From Octopus sinensis (taxonomy: Eukaryota), in assembly GCF_006345805.1 (NCBI RefSeq), contig NC_043006.1, forward strand, positions 66,650,001 through 66,714,000: a stretch of DNA of 64,000 nucleotides. The letters are read 5' to 3'. A program made the translations under genes and the position numbers. This document shows, piece after piece, positions 1 to 13,671 of this stretch (positions within the stretch are counted from its first letter, which is position 1; each line of letters begins with the position of its first letter). The notes under the pieces were generated by a model that was given only the letters and a program-made list of their open reading frames with translations, had not been told where the DNA came from and searched no databases.

Positions 1-29
1 CACTGTCCTACCCAATGTCAACCACTCTG

Positions 30-460
30 GTGCCACAAGAGCAGAAGGGTTGCCAGCGTAAGTGCAGTGGTACCAAGTATCAACTACTGGTAGACAGAAG
101 AGGAAAACTAACTTAGCCATGTCATTGATAGATTATCGTAAAGCGTACGATATGACCCCACATTCTTGGATTATGGAATGTTTGAACCTATTTGGTATTG
201 CATCGAATGTTGAACGATTGCTTGAAAAAAAGTATGGCGAAATGGAGGATGGAACTAACAAGATATGGAAGAAGTTTAGGGACAATAGAAATTAGGAGGG
301 GCGTCTTGCAAGACGACTCGATGTCCCCACTGATCTTTTTATTGTGCATTATGCCACTAACACTGATTCTGAGGAAGGCAACGGATTCAAAAGCCGCTAA
401 CAAAAAGTCAACCATTTGTTATTCATGGATGACCTCAAACATTATAGTAAAGATGAAGCC
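30..460 (+). mobile_element. R4/Dong-like non-LTR retrotransposon RT fragment (frameshifted relic)
   Basis: Across frames it reads EQKGC..., IDYRKAYDMTPHSWIMECL, RRGVLQDDSMSPLIFLLCIMPL and NHLLFMDDLK. These match the RT motifs typical of the R4/Dong clade. Confidence 0.85.
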
Positions 461-671
461 CATGTTTTTATCAAAATTTAAAAGATACGATAAAAGAATT
501 ATTATAGTTATGATAAATGTATCATTACGATTTATGACACCGAAAATATCAAAAACGAGGCTAATTTAATGTAAGAATAATGTTAATGAATTAAGTATTA
601 TAAAATTTAGGAGATACTGCTTACCTGCCTGTACATATATATATATATATATATATAATATATATATATAT

Positions 672-1055
672 AGGTGAAAGTGTTGTTATGTGAAAGCATG
701 TGGTTAGATGTATAAAAGACAAAAAGAGTGAAAAAACAACAGAAAGCTTGTGTTATATGGTTAAAGAATATATTTAAATACCTATATTGAGTTATCTATG
801 CACTATGATGTGAAGTATGAGTGTTCCAGGCAAGGGAAGGTAATCAAGAATCTTTTCAGTATAAGGGAGATAATCACAAATGTTGAGAATGACTAGATTT
901 TAATAGTTTAACATGATTTAGTTTAGAAAGAATAGAATGGTTTGGTTTTGCTTTATATTTTTCTCAATGAGGTAAGCTTCCTTATTTAAAATTGCTAGAA
1001 ATGGTTAAGTTTTGGCTTGTATTTTTCAATGAAATAGGTTTCCTTAATCAATCTA
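672..1055 (-). mobile_element. Penelope-like element 3' end relic (GIY-YIG C-terminus plus UTR)
   Basis: Minus strand reads RLIKETYFIEKYKPKLNHF*, similar to the C-terminus of the Penelope ORF near 52060-52100. It is flanked by (TA)n and (TG)n. Confidence 0.5.
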
Positions 1056-1199
1056 ACGTGTGTGCGAGCGCGTAGGTGTGTTTCTGTGTGTATGTGTGTG
1101 TGTGTGCGTGCGCGTTTGTGTGTGTGTGTGTGTGTGTGTATGTGTCTGTGTGTCTCTGTGTGTGTGTGTGCTTAGATTCATAACTCTGTGCTGGATTCA

Positions 1200-2460
1200 A
1201 TCAAAAGTTATTTCGTATTTCAACTTTAATTAACATTTCAAACAAATTGCATTCGAAAAGCGTTTATTCATAAAAATATATCGCATCATATTCTATTCTT
1301 TGATGCTATCGTTTCGCCAGAAGCTCAGTTCCACTCTTTTGCCATTTGGCTGCTTTAGTGTTTAAAAATAACTACACCCGTTTTCATCCTCATTGACATT
1401 GTTGAACCTCAATCCCTGCAGGAAATAAGCTACAGCTCAGAAAGCCGGTAATCTGATTATGCAAGGTCTGGACTGGTGGCAGGGTGGAGCAGCACCCCAC
1501 CCCACCCCACTGCATGATGAGCCAGCGGGTGCCTCGAGATTGCTCTTGGTCACATTGGCAGTATGTGTTGGAGAACTGTCATGCGAAAGAAAAGCTTGTC
1601 TTTGATTAATCAATCTCGGGTAGTGGCGCTTTCAAATCATCGTAAACTTCATGCTGTTGTTAAGCATAAAGGTCAGCGTTCACAGCATGACTATCTGGGG
1701 CAAGCATCCAATGCAACACGCCCCCAAAATTCCACAAAATACACAACATGACCTTCTATACAGACTGCCCTTGTCTGACAATAGCTTCTGAAGCATAGCC
1801 GGAACAAAGCCATTGATTTCTCTTATTAGGATTATGAAAATATATAAATTTTTCATCTCCGGTTACAATACGATGCAAAAAAGAAAAAACGGGCAACTCA
1901 GAAATTTGCCAGCAATTGTTTGGTTAATGTTCACTCGTCATTGAACCTGCTCATTGATAAATGCAAGAACTGAGCTTATGGATGGGTTGATTGATGGTGC
2001 TTAGTGAAAGACCAAGTTTTACCAACAAAATAGGAGTGGTTACGTTTGGTTCTTTTAAGGCTTCTGTTAAGGCTTCATCTCCATAACAGACGATCTCTCT
2101 GACTTTGGTTTGACTTCGAAGCTGATGTCACCTTCTTTGAAGCATCTGAACCAGTTTTGTGCCATACTTTCTTTGACAGCTCTTTATTATCTTTTTGTTT
2201 TTGCCGCTGCTCTTTGACTTGGTCCTTATTTCCACAGGTAGCGTAAAAATGGCTCCAACTTCAATTTTTGTTTTACCATTCATTATGAAAGCTGTAAAAT
2301 ATAGAACAAAAAAGGAGGAGGCAGAAAGACGTAAGTGATTACACCTGATAACTTGTACCCAATACGGATAACCACAAGCAGAGGGTGGAAGCGATTAGAA
2401 GGCGTACTGTAGCCAGAGCCATTAGACAGATTATTCCTTTGAAAAATAATAAAATATAGA
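1200..2460 (-). mobile_element. Mariner transposon relic with decayed full-length transposase (about 1270-2283)
   Basis: Minus strand reads AQNWFRCFKEGDISFE, HRIVTGDEKFIYF, KVMLCILWNFGGVLH, FLSHDSSPTHTA and LLHPATSPDLA*SDY. Stops and frameshifts are present. Confidence 0.85.
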
Positions 2461-2471
2461 AGCACTTGTTA

Positions 2472-2960
2472 GAAGCTGGTCCTCCGTGGATCACATCCCT
2501 ACTTATCAACATAGTCACCGTTTCTCTCAATACCAATGTTCCACCTTCGAATGAAAGCATGTATCCCTGTCCCATAAAATTCTGGTAACTCTTCTTTGAG
2601 CCACTTCTTCACTACAGTTTTCACATCCTCATCACTGGAATAGTGTTTGCCTCTCAAACCCTCTTTCATAGGGCCGAAGAGATGATAGAGTGAAGGCGCC
2701 AAATTATTCCAGTGACGAGGAAGTGAAAGATGTAGTGAAGAAGTGACTCAAAGAACACTCAACAGGATTTCACGGGGCAGGGATACATGCTCTCATTCGA
2801 AGGTGGAACATTGCTAATGAGAGAAACGGTGACTATGTTGAGAAGCAGGAATGTGATCCACAGAGAATCAGCTTCCTTTTGATGTATGAACCATGTTACT
2901 GTGTTGGTAATTATACATGTACTAAACAAAATGGCATTACTTTTGACTCACGCTCGTATA
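2472..2960. mobile_element. Mariner 3'-end fragments in inverted (fold-back) arrangement
   Basis: Minus ORF 2499-2702 (APSLYHLFGPMKEGLRGKHY...NGDYVDK) is mirrored on the plus strand at 2705-2875. The plus copy runs on to a TIR-like end TGGCATTACTTTTGACTCACGCTCGTA-TA. Confidence 0.85.
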
Positions 2961-3059
2961 TTATTAACTATGAATAGTCACTCTTTGTAGAATTAAGTAC
3001 TGACTACTTATACTGAGCCACAGAGGTCTTGATATTATTTCGATACTATATAACTATAT

Positions 3060-3107
<48 letters not shown>

Positions 3108-3378
3108 ATATATATATATATTTATACTCGTGGACTTTACATATGTTTAATTAGTGTCATTTTTCTTTAGAAGTGATATTACATATAAGCTTAATCGTTT
3201 ACATAGCGATATTTTACTACATCTTATGTTCTAATTAATTATAACATAATTGTAACATGTTAAATTTGTTGCTATTGTTTGCCAGCTTTTCCTTCATTGA
3301 GTGTGTGAATGCGGAGGTATTGTGCAAAGGTGTACAGCATGCGTCTGTAAGCGTCGGCGATTTATGTATGAGCGTCCA

Positions 3379-3436
<58 letters not shown>

Positions 3437-3984
3437 CGAGTGCGCATTTCTGTGTGTCTGTAAGAGAGAAAGAAAGATATGGAGGAAAAGGGGGGGGAAG
3501 AGTGTGTTGTTCGAAAATTGTCTTCATATAATTCTTTACCTAGAGCGCAAGACTTAATTACACCTGCCAAAATCATTGCGCCATCTACATCACACAAGAT
3601 ATTCGTCCACCCACTCATCGTCATCTTCCTCCCACTTCAAATCATTACCATTACCACCATCACCACCAGCAGCAGCAGCAGCGGCAATAGTGGTGTTGAT
3701 AGTGGCATCGTTTTCAATTTCTCACAATTTCCCTCATTATGCAGGTGAAATAAATATGACTATTTTATATAGGCCGTACAAACATGCATACATACACAGA
3801 TACGCACACACACACACACTTATACACTGAGCCATACATATAGATATTCGTTCATATAAGCATTCATATCCATATACATATATTCCAGTATAAATGCATA
3901 AATACATACGATAATATATATATATATAAAGATGATAAGACCATTATTTAAAATAACGGTCATACCAAGTGGCCAGCATGGTTT

Positions 3985-4053
3985 TACATATATATATGTG
4001 TGTATACATACCTATACTTATACATATACACACACACACACACACATATATAC

Positions 4054-4085
<32 letters not shown>

Positions 4086-4111
4086 ATATATGTATATATA
4101 TATATATATTA

Positions 4112-4146
<35 letters not shown>

Positions 4147-4160
4147 GCATGTATGTATAT

Positions 4161-4193
<33 letters not shown>

Positions 4194-4285
4194 CATATAT
4201 ACATATACATATGTATATATGTATGTATGTCTGTATGTCGGCATGTATATACATATATCCATCCATACATACATACATACATACA

Positions 4286-4318
<33 letters not shown>
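3985..4318. repeat. Compound (TA)n/(CA)n/(TACA)n microsatellite
   Basis: Directly visible. It explains the YI/MYVC-rich ORFs here. Confidence 0.95.
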
Positions 4319-4373
4319 GCTTATTAATAAATGGTCGCATTAAGAGATGCACGTATGTACATATATTCTTCCA

Positions 4374-4800
4374 TTCTTTTATTTGCTTCAGTCATTTGAC
4401 TGCGGCCATGCTGGAGCACCGCAATTAGTCGAACTGATCGATCACAGGACTTATTCTTTGTAAGCCTAGTACTTATTCCATTGGTCTATTTGCCGAACTT
4501 CTAAGCTACGGAGACGTAAACACACGAGCATCGGTTGTCAAGCGATGTTGGGGAGACAAGCACAGACACACAAGCACTTACACACAGATAAACACAAACG
4601 CACACACACACCCTTTTATATATATGTATATATATATATATACGAAGGGCTTCTTTCTGTTTCTCTCTGCCAAATCCACTCACAAGGCTATGGTCGGCTC
4701 GAAGCTATAGTAGAAGACACTCGCCGAAGGTGCCACGCAGTTGGACTGAACCCGGAACCATGTGATTAGTAAGCAAGCTACTTACCACACAGCCACTCCT
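4374..4800 (-). mobile_element. tRNA-derived SINE family A, full length
   Basis: Reverse complement matches the plus copy at 61023-61430: tRNA-like head, GGTTCAGTCC B-box-like motif, internal microsatellite and GCGGTGCTCCAGCATGGCC tail. Confidence 0.9.
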
Positions 4801-5270
4801 ATTAGCATATAAATTGTCTGTATATATGCGTGCATGGTGGGGGTTGAATATAAGCAAAAATATAAATTAATCTATTACAGGGGACTAAAAATAAGTATTT
4901 ATAATTAAGCTTCCGAATCTTGAGACATGTGTATGGAAACTTTCTTGTACATACGTATGTCTTCTCGTTCATCGTAGATTATATAAACGTAAAATCTCGC
5001 TGTACTAAACCACCATGGATTATATAAATCTGTACTAAGACAAAACTGCCCCTGTGTAGATACTCTAGGTGCTTTGTGCACTCCAATTCCCATCTGTACA
5101 AAGTTTAACAGCAAGCACAACAGTATCAATGGATATAGCTGTATACGTACGTGTCAGTGGGTGTGAAGTATGTTGTATGTTGTGCATTTGCAGATATATT
5201 ACTAAATATAATGTATTTGTTATAAGATATATAATATAATATAATATATATACATATATATATATATTGT

Positions 5271-5307
<37 letters not shown>

Positions 5308-5308
<1 letters not shown>

Positions 5309-5528
5309 CTTTATTGTTCCATTCGTTTGACTGTGCCCAAGCTGGAGCACCACCTGAACGCGTTTTATTCGAAGAAATCGACCCCAGGACTTATTGTTTT
5401 GTAAGCCTAGTACTTATTCTATCAGACTCTTTTGCCGAACCGCTGCGTTACGGGGAGATAAACACACCAACATTGGTTGCCAAATGATGTCAGGAGACAA
5501 ACACACAAAATCGCATATATATATATAT

Positions 5529-5565
<37 letters not shown>

Positions 5566-5732
5566 ATACGACGGGCTTCTTTCAGTTTCCGTGTACCATG
5601 TAGACTCACAAGGCTTTGATCAGCCTTAGACTATACTAGAAGACACTTGCTGAGGATGCCACGCAGTGAAACTGAACCCGGAGCCATGTGGTTGGGAAGC
5701 AAGCTTCTTACGACACAGCCACTGTTGCGCCT
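5308..5732 (-). mobile_element. SINE family A, full length
   Basis: Same head, body and tail as 4374-4800, more diverged. Confidence 0.85.
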
Positions 5733-5818
5733 ACCACACATTCACGTAACTGTACGTAGAGAGACAGATATACAGAGATGAATATCATGAGAGATACAGA
5801 ATTTGATATACAGACATA

Positions 5819-6036
5819 CAGTTCCGGATTTAGGACAAATGTGACCCTGTGATAGTTACGTTATGAAGCCCCTTACTTGGAACGTTTGACATTTAAGGCC
5901 CCTTATTGGAATGCTTGACACTTGAAAGACTAATCGTAAAACATTTGGGGAACAAGAAGATAGGGAAGATGGGCTCCCCTGGTCAACAGGGCCCTGTACT
6001 TAAGCACATCTATGCACGATGTTAAATCCAGCACTG
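5819..6036. mobile_element. hAT-like MITE
   Basis: TIRs CAGTTCCGGATTTA / TAAATCCAGCACTG. The 8-bp flanks CAGACATA / CATACATA differ at one base, but they lie in low-complexity sequence. Confidence 0.6.
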
Positions 6037-6186
6037 CATACATATCATACATATATATATATATATATATAAAACAATATAAGGAATGGCCTGAATGTAT
6101 ATTATATAGTCTTTGACTATTTTCTCTTCTTACTAGATCGCTGGTAGCGGAGAATTTTTTCTAGAATTTTTTGCTACCCTTATATT

Positions 6187-6228
<42 letters not shown>

Positions 6229-6799
6229 ATATATATATATATATATATATCTATATATATATAATATATATACAGGTGTATACATTATATTTAATATAAG
6301 TATCTATCAACCTAGCTATCGATCTGTCTAGCTGTCTATCTATTTACCTATTTGTTTATATTTACGTAAAACGCGTTCACATACCCATGAATACACGTGC
6401 ACGTAGAGACGGCGGATGCCAGGCTGAAAATCGCTACCCGACAGAACCTCGCCAAAAATTCGACACACATAAGCGCATATACAAACACATACACACACAC
6501 AAACATCGTTATGCATACATGCATACACGCTCGTTTCAGGCACATATCTCATAAGGAACGCACACACATACACACGCGAGGACTACACAAACTGGCACGC
6601 CACGCAACGAGCGACACAACTGCATGAACACACACAAGAATCGAACACACACGCATACACACGATACGCACACAGCATGCAAGAGCCAGGTAACCAACAT
6701 ACACATACTCACACATGTCCATATATGCACACACTCATGCACTCCCCCCCACACACATAGGCACATGGAAGCACAAAAATGCAACCAAAATAAGCACAC

Positions 6800-7230
6800 A
6801 CACACAATCACTACTTTCAAACACACACTCACAAACACGCTCAAACATACACACACACACATACACACACTCATGACATCCAAACACACACACTCATGAC
6901 TTCCAAACACACACACTCAAATAAACACACACATACACTCATTACTTCCAAACACACACGCTCAAACACACACACACACACACACACCACTCATTACTTC
7001 CAAACACACACGCTCAAACACACACACTCACACACTCATTACTTCCAAGCACACACACTTAAATACACACACACACATTCACACACACTCATTTATCCCA
7101 AACACACACTCACACACATAGACTCGAACACACACACACTCACACACTCATTACTTCTAAACACACACACACATTCACACACACATTTATCCAAAACACA
7201 CACACACTCACACACATAGACTCGAAAACA
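6800..7230. repeat. CA-rich minisatellite with core ACTCATTACTTCCAAAC
   Basis: The core recurs several times, separated by variable (CA)n. Confidence 0.8.
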
Positions 7231-7499
7231 CACACACATATATATAGAGACTCAAACAAAAGAAACATGCAACTAATATCAGCTCACACACACACACACA
7301 TGTATTTACTTATGCTCATATATACATACTCAAATTCACGCTCAGCACGCACAGGGATATACACACACAAACACAACATGCATCGATCGTGTGTTCACGC
7401 ACATAAAACCAACACATACACACACACTCCTGTATTCGCTCACACTCACATATACTCACACATATATACACTCAGCATAAACATATAAACATACACACA

Positions 7500-8505
7500 C
7501 AGACACAAGCAACATGCAACGAACATACACTCACATACATAAACGCACACACATACAGACACAAGCAACATGCAACGAACACACACTCCCACACATAAAC
7601 AAACACATAAACACACAACAACGAACATACATTCACACACATGAACAGACACACACACACACACACAAGCAACATGCAACGAACATACACTCACATACAT
7701 AAACGCACACACACACACAGACACAAGCAACAGGCAACGAACATACACTCACACACATATACATACACACACAGAAGCAACATGCAACGAACCTACACTC
7801 ACACACACAGACAGAAGCAACATACAACGAACATACACTCACACACATACACACAAGCAGCATACAATGAACATACACATACACACACACAAGCAACATG
7901 CAACGAACATACACTCACACACACACTAGCAACATGCAACGAACATACACTCACACACACACACACTAGCAGCATACAACGAACATACACTCACACACAC
8001 ACAAGCAGTATACAATGAACATACACTCACACACACACACACACACACAAGCAGCATACAACGAACATACACTCACACACACACACACAAGCAGCATACA
8101 ACGAACATACACTCACACACACACACACAAGCAGCATACAACGAACATACACTCACACACACACACACAAGCAGCATACAACGAACATACACTCACACAC
8201 ACACACACAAGCAGCATACAACGAACATACACTCACACACACACACACAAGCAGCATACAACGAACATACACTCACACACACACACACACACAAGCACAT
8301 GCAACGAACATACACTCACACACATATACACACACACACAAGCAACATGCAACGAACATGCACTCACACATATACACACACACACACAAGCAACATGCAA
8401 CGAACGTACACTCACACACATAAACACACTCAAGCAACATGCAACGAACATACACTCACACACATATACACACACACACAAGCAACATGCAACGAACATG
8501 CACTC

Positions 8506-8538
<33 letters not shown>

Positions 8539-8845
8539 AGCAACATGCAACGAACGTACACTCACACACATAAACACGCTCAAGCAACATGCAACGAACG
8601 TACACTCACACACATATACATACAGACACACGCGTAACAAGCAACGATCGTGTGCTCACACACAAATAACTAGCATATACACTCACACACACCTGCATTC
8701 GCTCACACTCACATATACTCACACATTTACACTCAGCAGACACAGATAAACATACACATAAATACAAGCAACATGCAACGATCGTACATTCACACAATTA
8801 TACATACACACAGAGAGACAAGCAACGTGCAACGAACGTCCACTC
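7500..8845. repeat. Minisatellite, unit about 40-50 bp: CAAGCAACATGCAACGAACATACACTCAC + (AC)n
   Basis: Roughly 25-30 tandem units with block-wise variants. Confidence 0.92.
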
Positions 8846-8867
8846 ACTCACATATAACCAACATCCA

Positions 8868-8913
<46 letters not shown>

Positions 8914-9185
8914 CACAATTAGCATCTACACTCACATTCACGCTGGCACCGACGACCCATAACTTGTACCAGAACTGAAGAAAGAGGTTATAAAAGCCAT
9001 TTAGTGTTTGATGTTTTCGTTCTGTGAAGATTCTAAGATTCCGACTTTGGATTAATCTCTACAAGAACAAAGATTTTATATTAAGTTCTGAAGACCTCGA
9101 CGCTTCTTTGCCCGTCTTCAGGTACAGTCAACCTTCTATTTCTGTGGAGGTGCCTAATTGTCAGCATCGATCTGCTGACTTGACT

Positions 9186-9620
<435 letters not shown>

Positions 9621-9766
9621 CTATTTGTCTGTCTGTCAATCAATTTATTTTATATCTTTCTGTCTGTGTGCCTGCATGCCTTTCTAACCGTCTGTCTGTT
9701 TGTCTCTGTCTATATATTTGCATCCATGCATAGACGTATCTATCGATATATCTGTATAACAATCTC

Positions 9767-9813
<47 letters not shown>

Positions 9814-10751
9814 TATACACACAAATATATATTGATATATATACTATATTTGTATTATATATACACAAATGTATATATAAAGATATACGTATATGTTTAG
9901 ACTCGTGTGTGTGTGTTTAATCCTTAATTTGACATATTTGCAAAATTTTGTGACACAACTTCGCGTTCGCGTTGTATATACAATTAAGTAGTGTTTACGA
10001 ATGTGGGTCTGTATGTCTGTGTCTGTATATGTTTAGACACATATCTATGTATGTATATATGTATGGATGTATGTACGTATATACATGCGCATGTGTGGTT
10101 TTTGGTATGCTTGTATGTGTGTTTATGTTCCGCGTGAGTCTGTGAAAACGTCACTGCAGCTTTCGTGTCCTTTACTCAGCATTCTTTCAAGTAAGCCGGC
10201 GCAGGAAAACTGATGGAAAAGAAACGAAAAGATGGGGTGTGCTTTAATTCCTTTGCAATATTGAAAATATTGGTGTGAGGTGTGAGGAAGCGATAAATAC
10301 GAAAATTACGTGACGGAAAGATGAGGAGATGCTTGTCACGTGTTAGTTAAACTGAGGTACTATGGAGGAACAAATTGCAGTTGGTTATTTGATTGGTTTG
10401 TGGAAAATTCCGACGATTCCTGCTGTTGAATTCTAGCTCCCGGTGTGACCTCCTCCTGAAGCAATCTGTAAGCGGTTGTTAGAGAGCGAAACTTTTCCAT
10501 GTCGTACGCTGCGAAACTGCGGTATATGTCGTGATTCTCTCGTTCATTTGTATTACAAAATATGGTGAACAGACGTATTACGATTATATTATCCGGCTTT
10601 TGATTTTAGGCATTTGCTCTTCACATAACAAAAGTTTTGTATAAACTGAGATAAAATTATTATACGCTGGCTTTGCAAATCAGTTCATAATTTATACATC
10701 ATCGGTATACACTTCAGACTAGCCAATCCCATTTCGTTTCAGAAGTGACAC

Positions 10752-10980
10752 GGGTACCTAAAACTGGTTTCAAATTTTGGCTCTTGACCTGCAATTTTGG
10801 TGTGGAGGATAAGGCGATTACATCAAGCCCAATACTCGACTGGTGCTTGATTTGTCGACCCCGAAAGGATGAACGACAAAATCGATCTGGGCGAAATTTG
10901 AAATCAGAACGCAACGGCGGACGAATTGCCGCTAAGCATTTTGCCCGACGCGCCTTACACTTCTGCCAACTCGCTTCCTT
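10752..10980 (-). mobile_element. SINE family B (MetaSINE-like), diverged
   Basis: Reverse complement has the GCGAGTTGGCAGAA head and CATCCTTTCGGGGTCGACAAATCAAGCACCAG, matching the copies at 34211 and 35660. Confidence 0.75.
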
Positions 10981-11339
10981 ACGAGTACATAATAATGACG
11001 AACCGCAATTACGGCGAAACATGTATCTGTTGTACTCCTGATCACTTCCGGGGAGATTTCATTTTGCCGAGATGTACACGCTCTTATGTATTTTTAAAAC
11101 GATATGCCCATAAAAGGATTTTTCCCGTACAAACGCCACATGCTCTAGGTTTTCAGCAACGCACGTATATTGAATACGTTATTTGATAAAGATTTTACAA
11201 TTAAATATAATTCTATTGCATAAGCTGAATTTTATTCTGCTTATGTGGAGCCTTTGCAAACTATGTATAGTTTATACAGCATCCTTCTATATCTCGGCTA
11301 TGTATCGTCTATATGATATTGTCAAACCGTGTCCTTCTT

Positions 11340-12038
11340 CAAAAGGTCCCTGAATAGGGGTTGTTTAAGGATGTTGAACGAAACACCCATATTTCCAAAC
11401 GTGAATAATCCAAATCCAAAAGAATTCCTCTCAACACATAGCTATGATGCTCTCCAACTAATTATCATTATTATTATTATTATTGAGTGAGAGAGCAGTT
11501 CATGCCATCAAAGTGACACTGGGGTAAAATATACGAAGCCCAATATACCCATCATGACTACCCGTCTGATAAAGGTACACCAGGCACATGCATCACAACC
11601 ATATGTGCGCGACATAGTGATCTCATATCAAGATAAACAGCACATGACCTTGCAGGTGGGGCCCAGTTAGAAATTTCTTCAGGTTGAGTAGCCCATCCTG
11701 CTCAAACGGTCCCTGAATAAGGGTTGTTTAAGGATGTTGAAAGAACCACCCATGTTTCCAGAGGTGAACTATTCAAACCCCAAAGAATCCCTCTCAACAC
11801 ATGGCTATGATGCTCCCCCACTACTTCTGCTCGTGATCAGAGATGCACATATCGTCAGCCACGAAGGGACATGCTCAACTGGTTAAGGTCAAACAACTGA
11901 CAAGCAAATCTGTGGTATTGAGCAGAATATTTGCTGTAGCCTATATTTTATACCAAGACAAAACAATGTACGTGATAACACTTCCAATCAGTTAAGATCA
12001 GAAGCCATGAGAGCCACTGCCTGGTACTGCATCAGGGC

Positions 12039-12110
<72 letters not shown>

Positions 12111-12112
12111 CA

Positions 12113-12144
<32 letters not shown>

Positions 12145-12405
12145 GAGTGAGGGATCAGTACATGCCGTCACAGTGAAACTGGGGTAAAATATACGAAGCC
12201 CAGTATACCAATCATGACTACCCGTCTGATAAGGGTACACCAGGCACATGCATCACAACCATATGTGCACTACATGGTGATCTCATATCAAGATAAACAG
12301 CTCATGATCTTGCAGGTGGGGCTCAGTTAAAACATTTTTCGGGTTGAGTAGCCCATCCCGCTCAAAAGGTCACTGAATAAGGGATGTTCAAGGATGTTGA
12401 ACGAA
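11340..12405 (-). mobile_element. Cluster of an approximately 560-bp non-coding interspersed element in (TAA)n: internal fragment 11340-11460, full copy 11484-12041, truncated copy 12143-12405
   Basis: High mutual identity. The copies are separated by (ATT)n tracts and share the constant end TATTGAGTGAG. Strand is inferred from truncation polarity. Confidence 0.8.
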
Positions 12406-12890
12406 ATTGGTGGAATAAGAAATATAGTAGTTCTTAATTAAAAACAAAAGTCACTCCATATATGAAAGCTAAATTGACTTTTTGCATCATATTGTAGCAA
12501 CGTTATAAGATATAGCAGACAAATAAACGCCAACTCGTCTGTAAGACCCATCTTGTAAAATATTTGTAAGTATATCGTTATAGATCCGGTCAAATACGTT
12601 TGATTTATGCAACAGCAGTACAATCCAAGATTTCTTAGTTGTATTCCACTATCTGTCGCCTTAATACTTTCAACAGCGACAGCTATTAATTGGGTCTGAA
12701 GTTTGTGTTTTCTGGCAACACAAACATCTTAAACGAAAGTTGTTTTTATAATACGATACGGCAATATTTTCAGGAGAACAATACTGAAAGGAAAAAAAGA
12801 AAAAGTTTCCCATTCATATAGATATATTTCAAGCATCACAAAGCTATACAGAAATTCCTATATATATATATATACATATATACATACATG

Positions 12891-12936
<46 letters not shown>

Positions 12937-12966
12937 ATTTGTACATACACATATTGCATATATATA

Positions 12967-13006
<40 letters not shown>

Positions 13007-13143
13007 TTCATTACCATCTTCTGACACCTAGCGCAGAAAAACATACTATATACATTGGTAGACCATTAAAACGAACACACTAGATTGTTCCTTTACTGAG
13101 ACATGTGTATTATTGTTATTATTGTTATCATTATATTATTATG

Positions 13144-13189
<46 letters not shown>

Positions 13190-13191
<2 letters not shown>

Positions 13192-13458
13192 GAGTGAGAG
13201 ATCAGTGTATGCCGTCACAGTGAAAACTGGGGTAAAACATACGAAGTTCAGTATACGCATCATGACTGCCCGTCTGATAAGAGTAGACCAGGCACATGCA
13301 TCACAACCATATGCGCGCGATATGGTGATCTCATATCAAGATAAACAGCGCATGACCTTGCAGGTGGGGCCCAGTTAGAATTCTGGTTGAGTAGCTCATC
13401 CCGCTCGAAAGGTCCCTAAATAAGAGTTGTTTAAGGATGCTGAGACACCCATGTTTCC

Positions 13459-13460
<2 letters not shown>
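13190..13460 (-). mobile_element. Truncated copy of the same 560-bp element
   Basis: Matches 11484-11760 and again abuts (ATT)n at the constant end. Confidence 0.8.
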
Positions 13461-13520
<60 letters not shown>

Positions 13521-13596
13521 GATAGATAGATAGATAGATAAACTGGCAGAACAGATATATTATATATATATATATCTATATACCTATATATATATG

Positions 13597-13671
<75 letters not shown>

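Noticed and set aside
3479-3830. ORFs with poly-Ser/Ala and a hydrophobic stretch ending near CAG|GTGAAA, resembling a signal-peptide exon
   Set aside because: The hydrophobic frame has no in-frame ATG after an upstream stop, and the region is degenerate CAC/CAT/CAG triplet sequence.
3932-4428. Overlapping 100-140 aa ORFs rich in YI, HT, CV and MYVC; the same type recurs throughout the window
   Set aside because: These are translations of stop-free microsatellites, not genes.
7500-8845. Repeat-plus-variable-spacer pattern resembling a CRISPR array
   Set aside because: The spacers are only (CA)n, there are no cas genes, and the context is eukaryotic.
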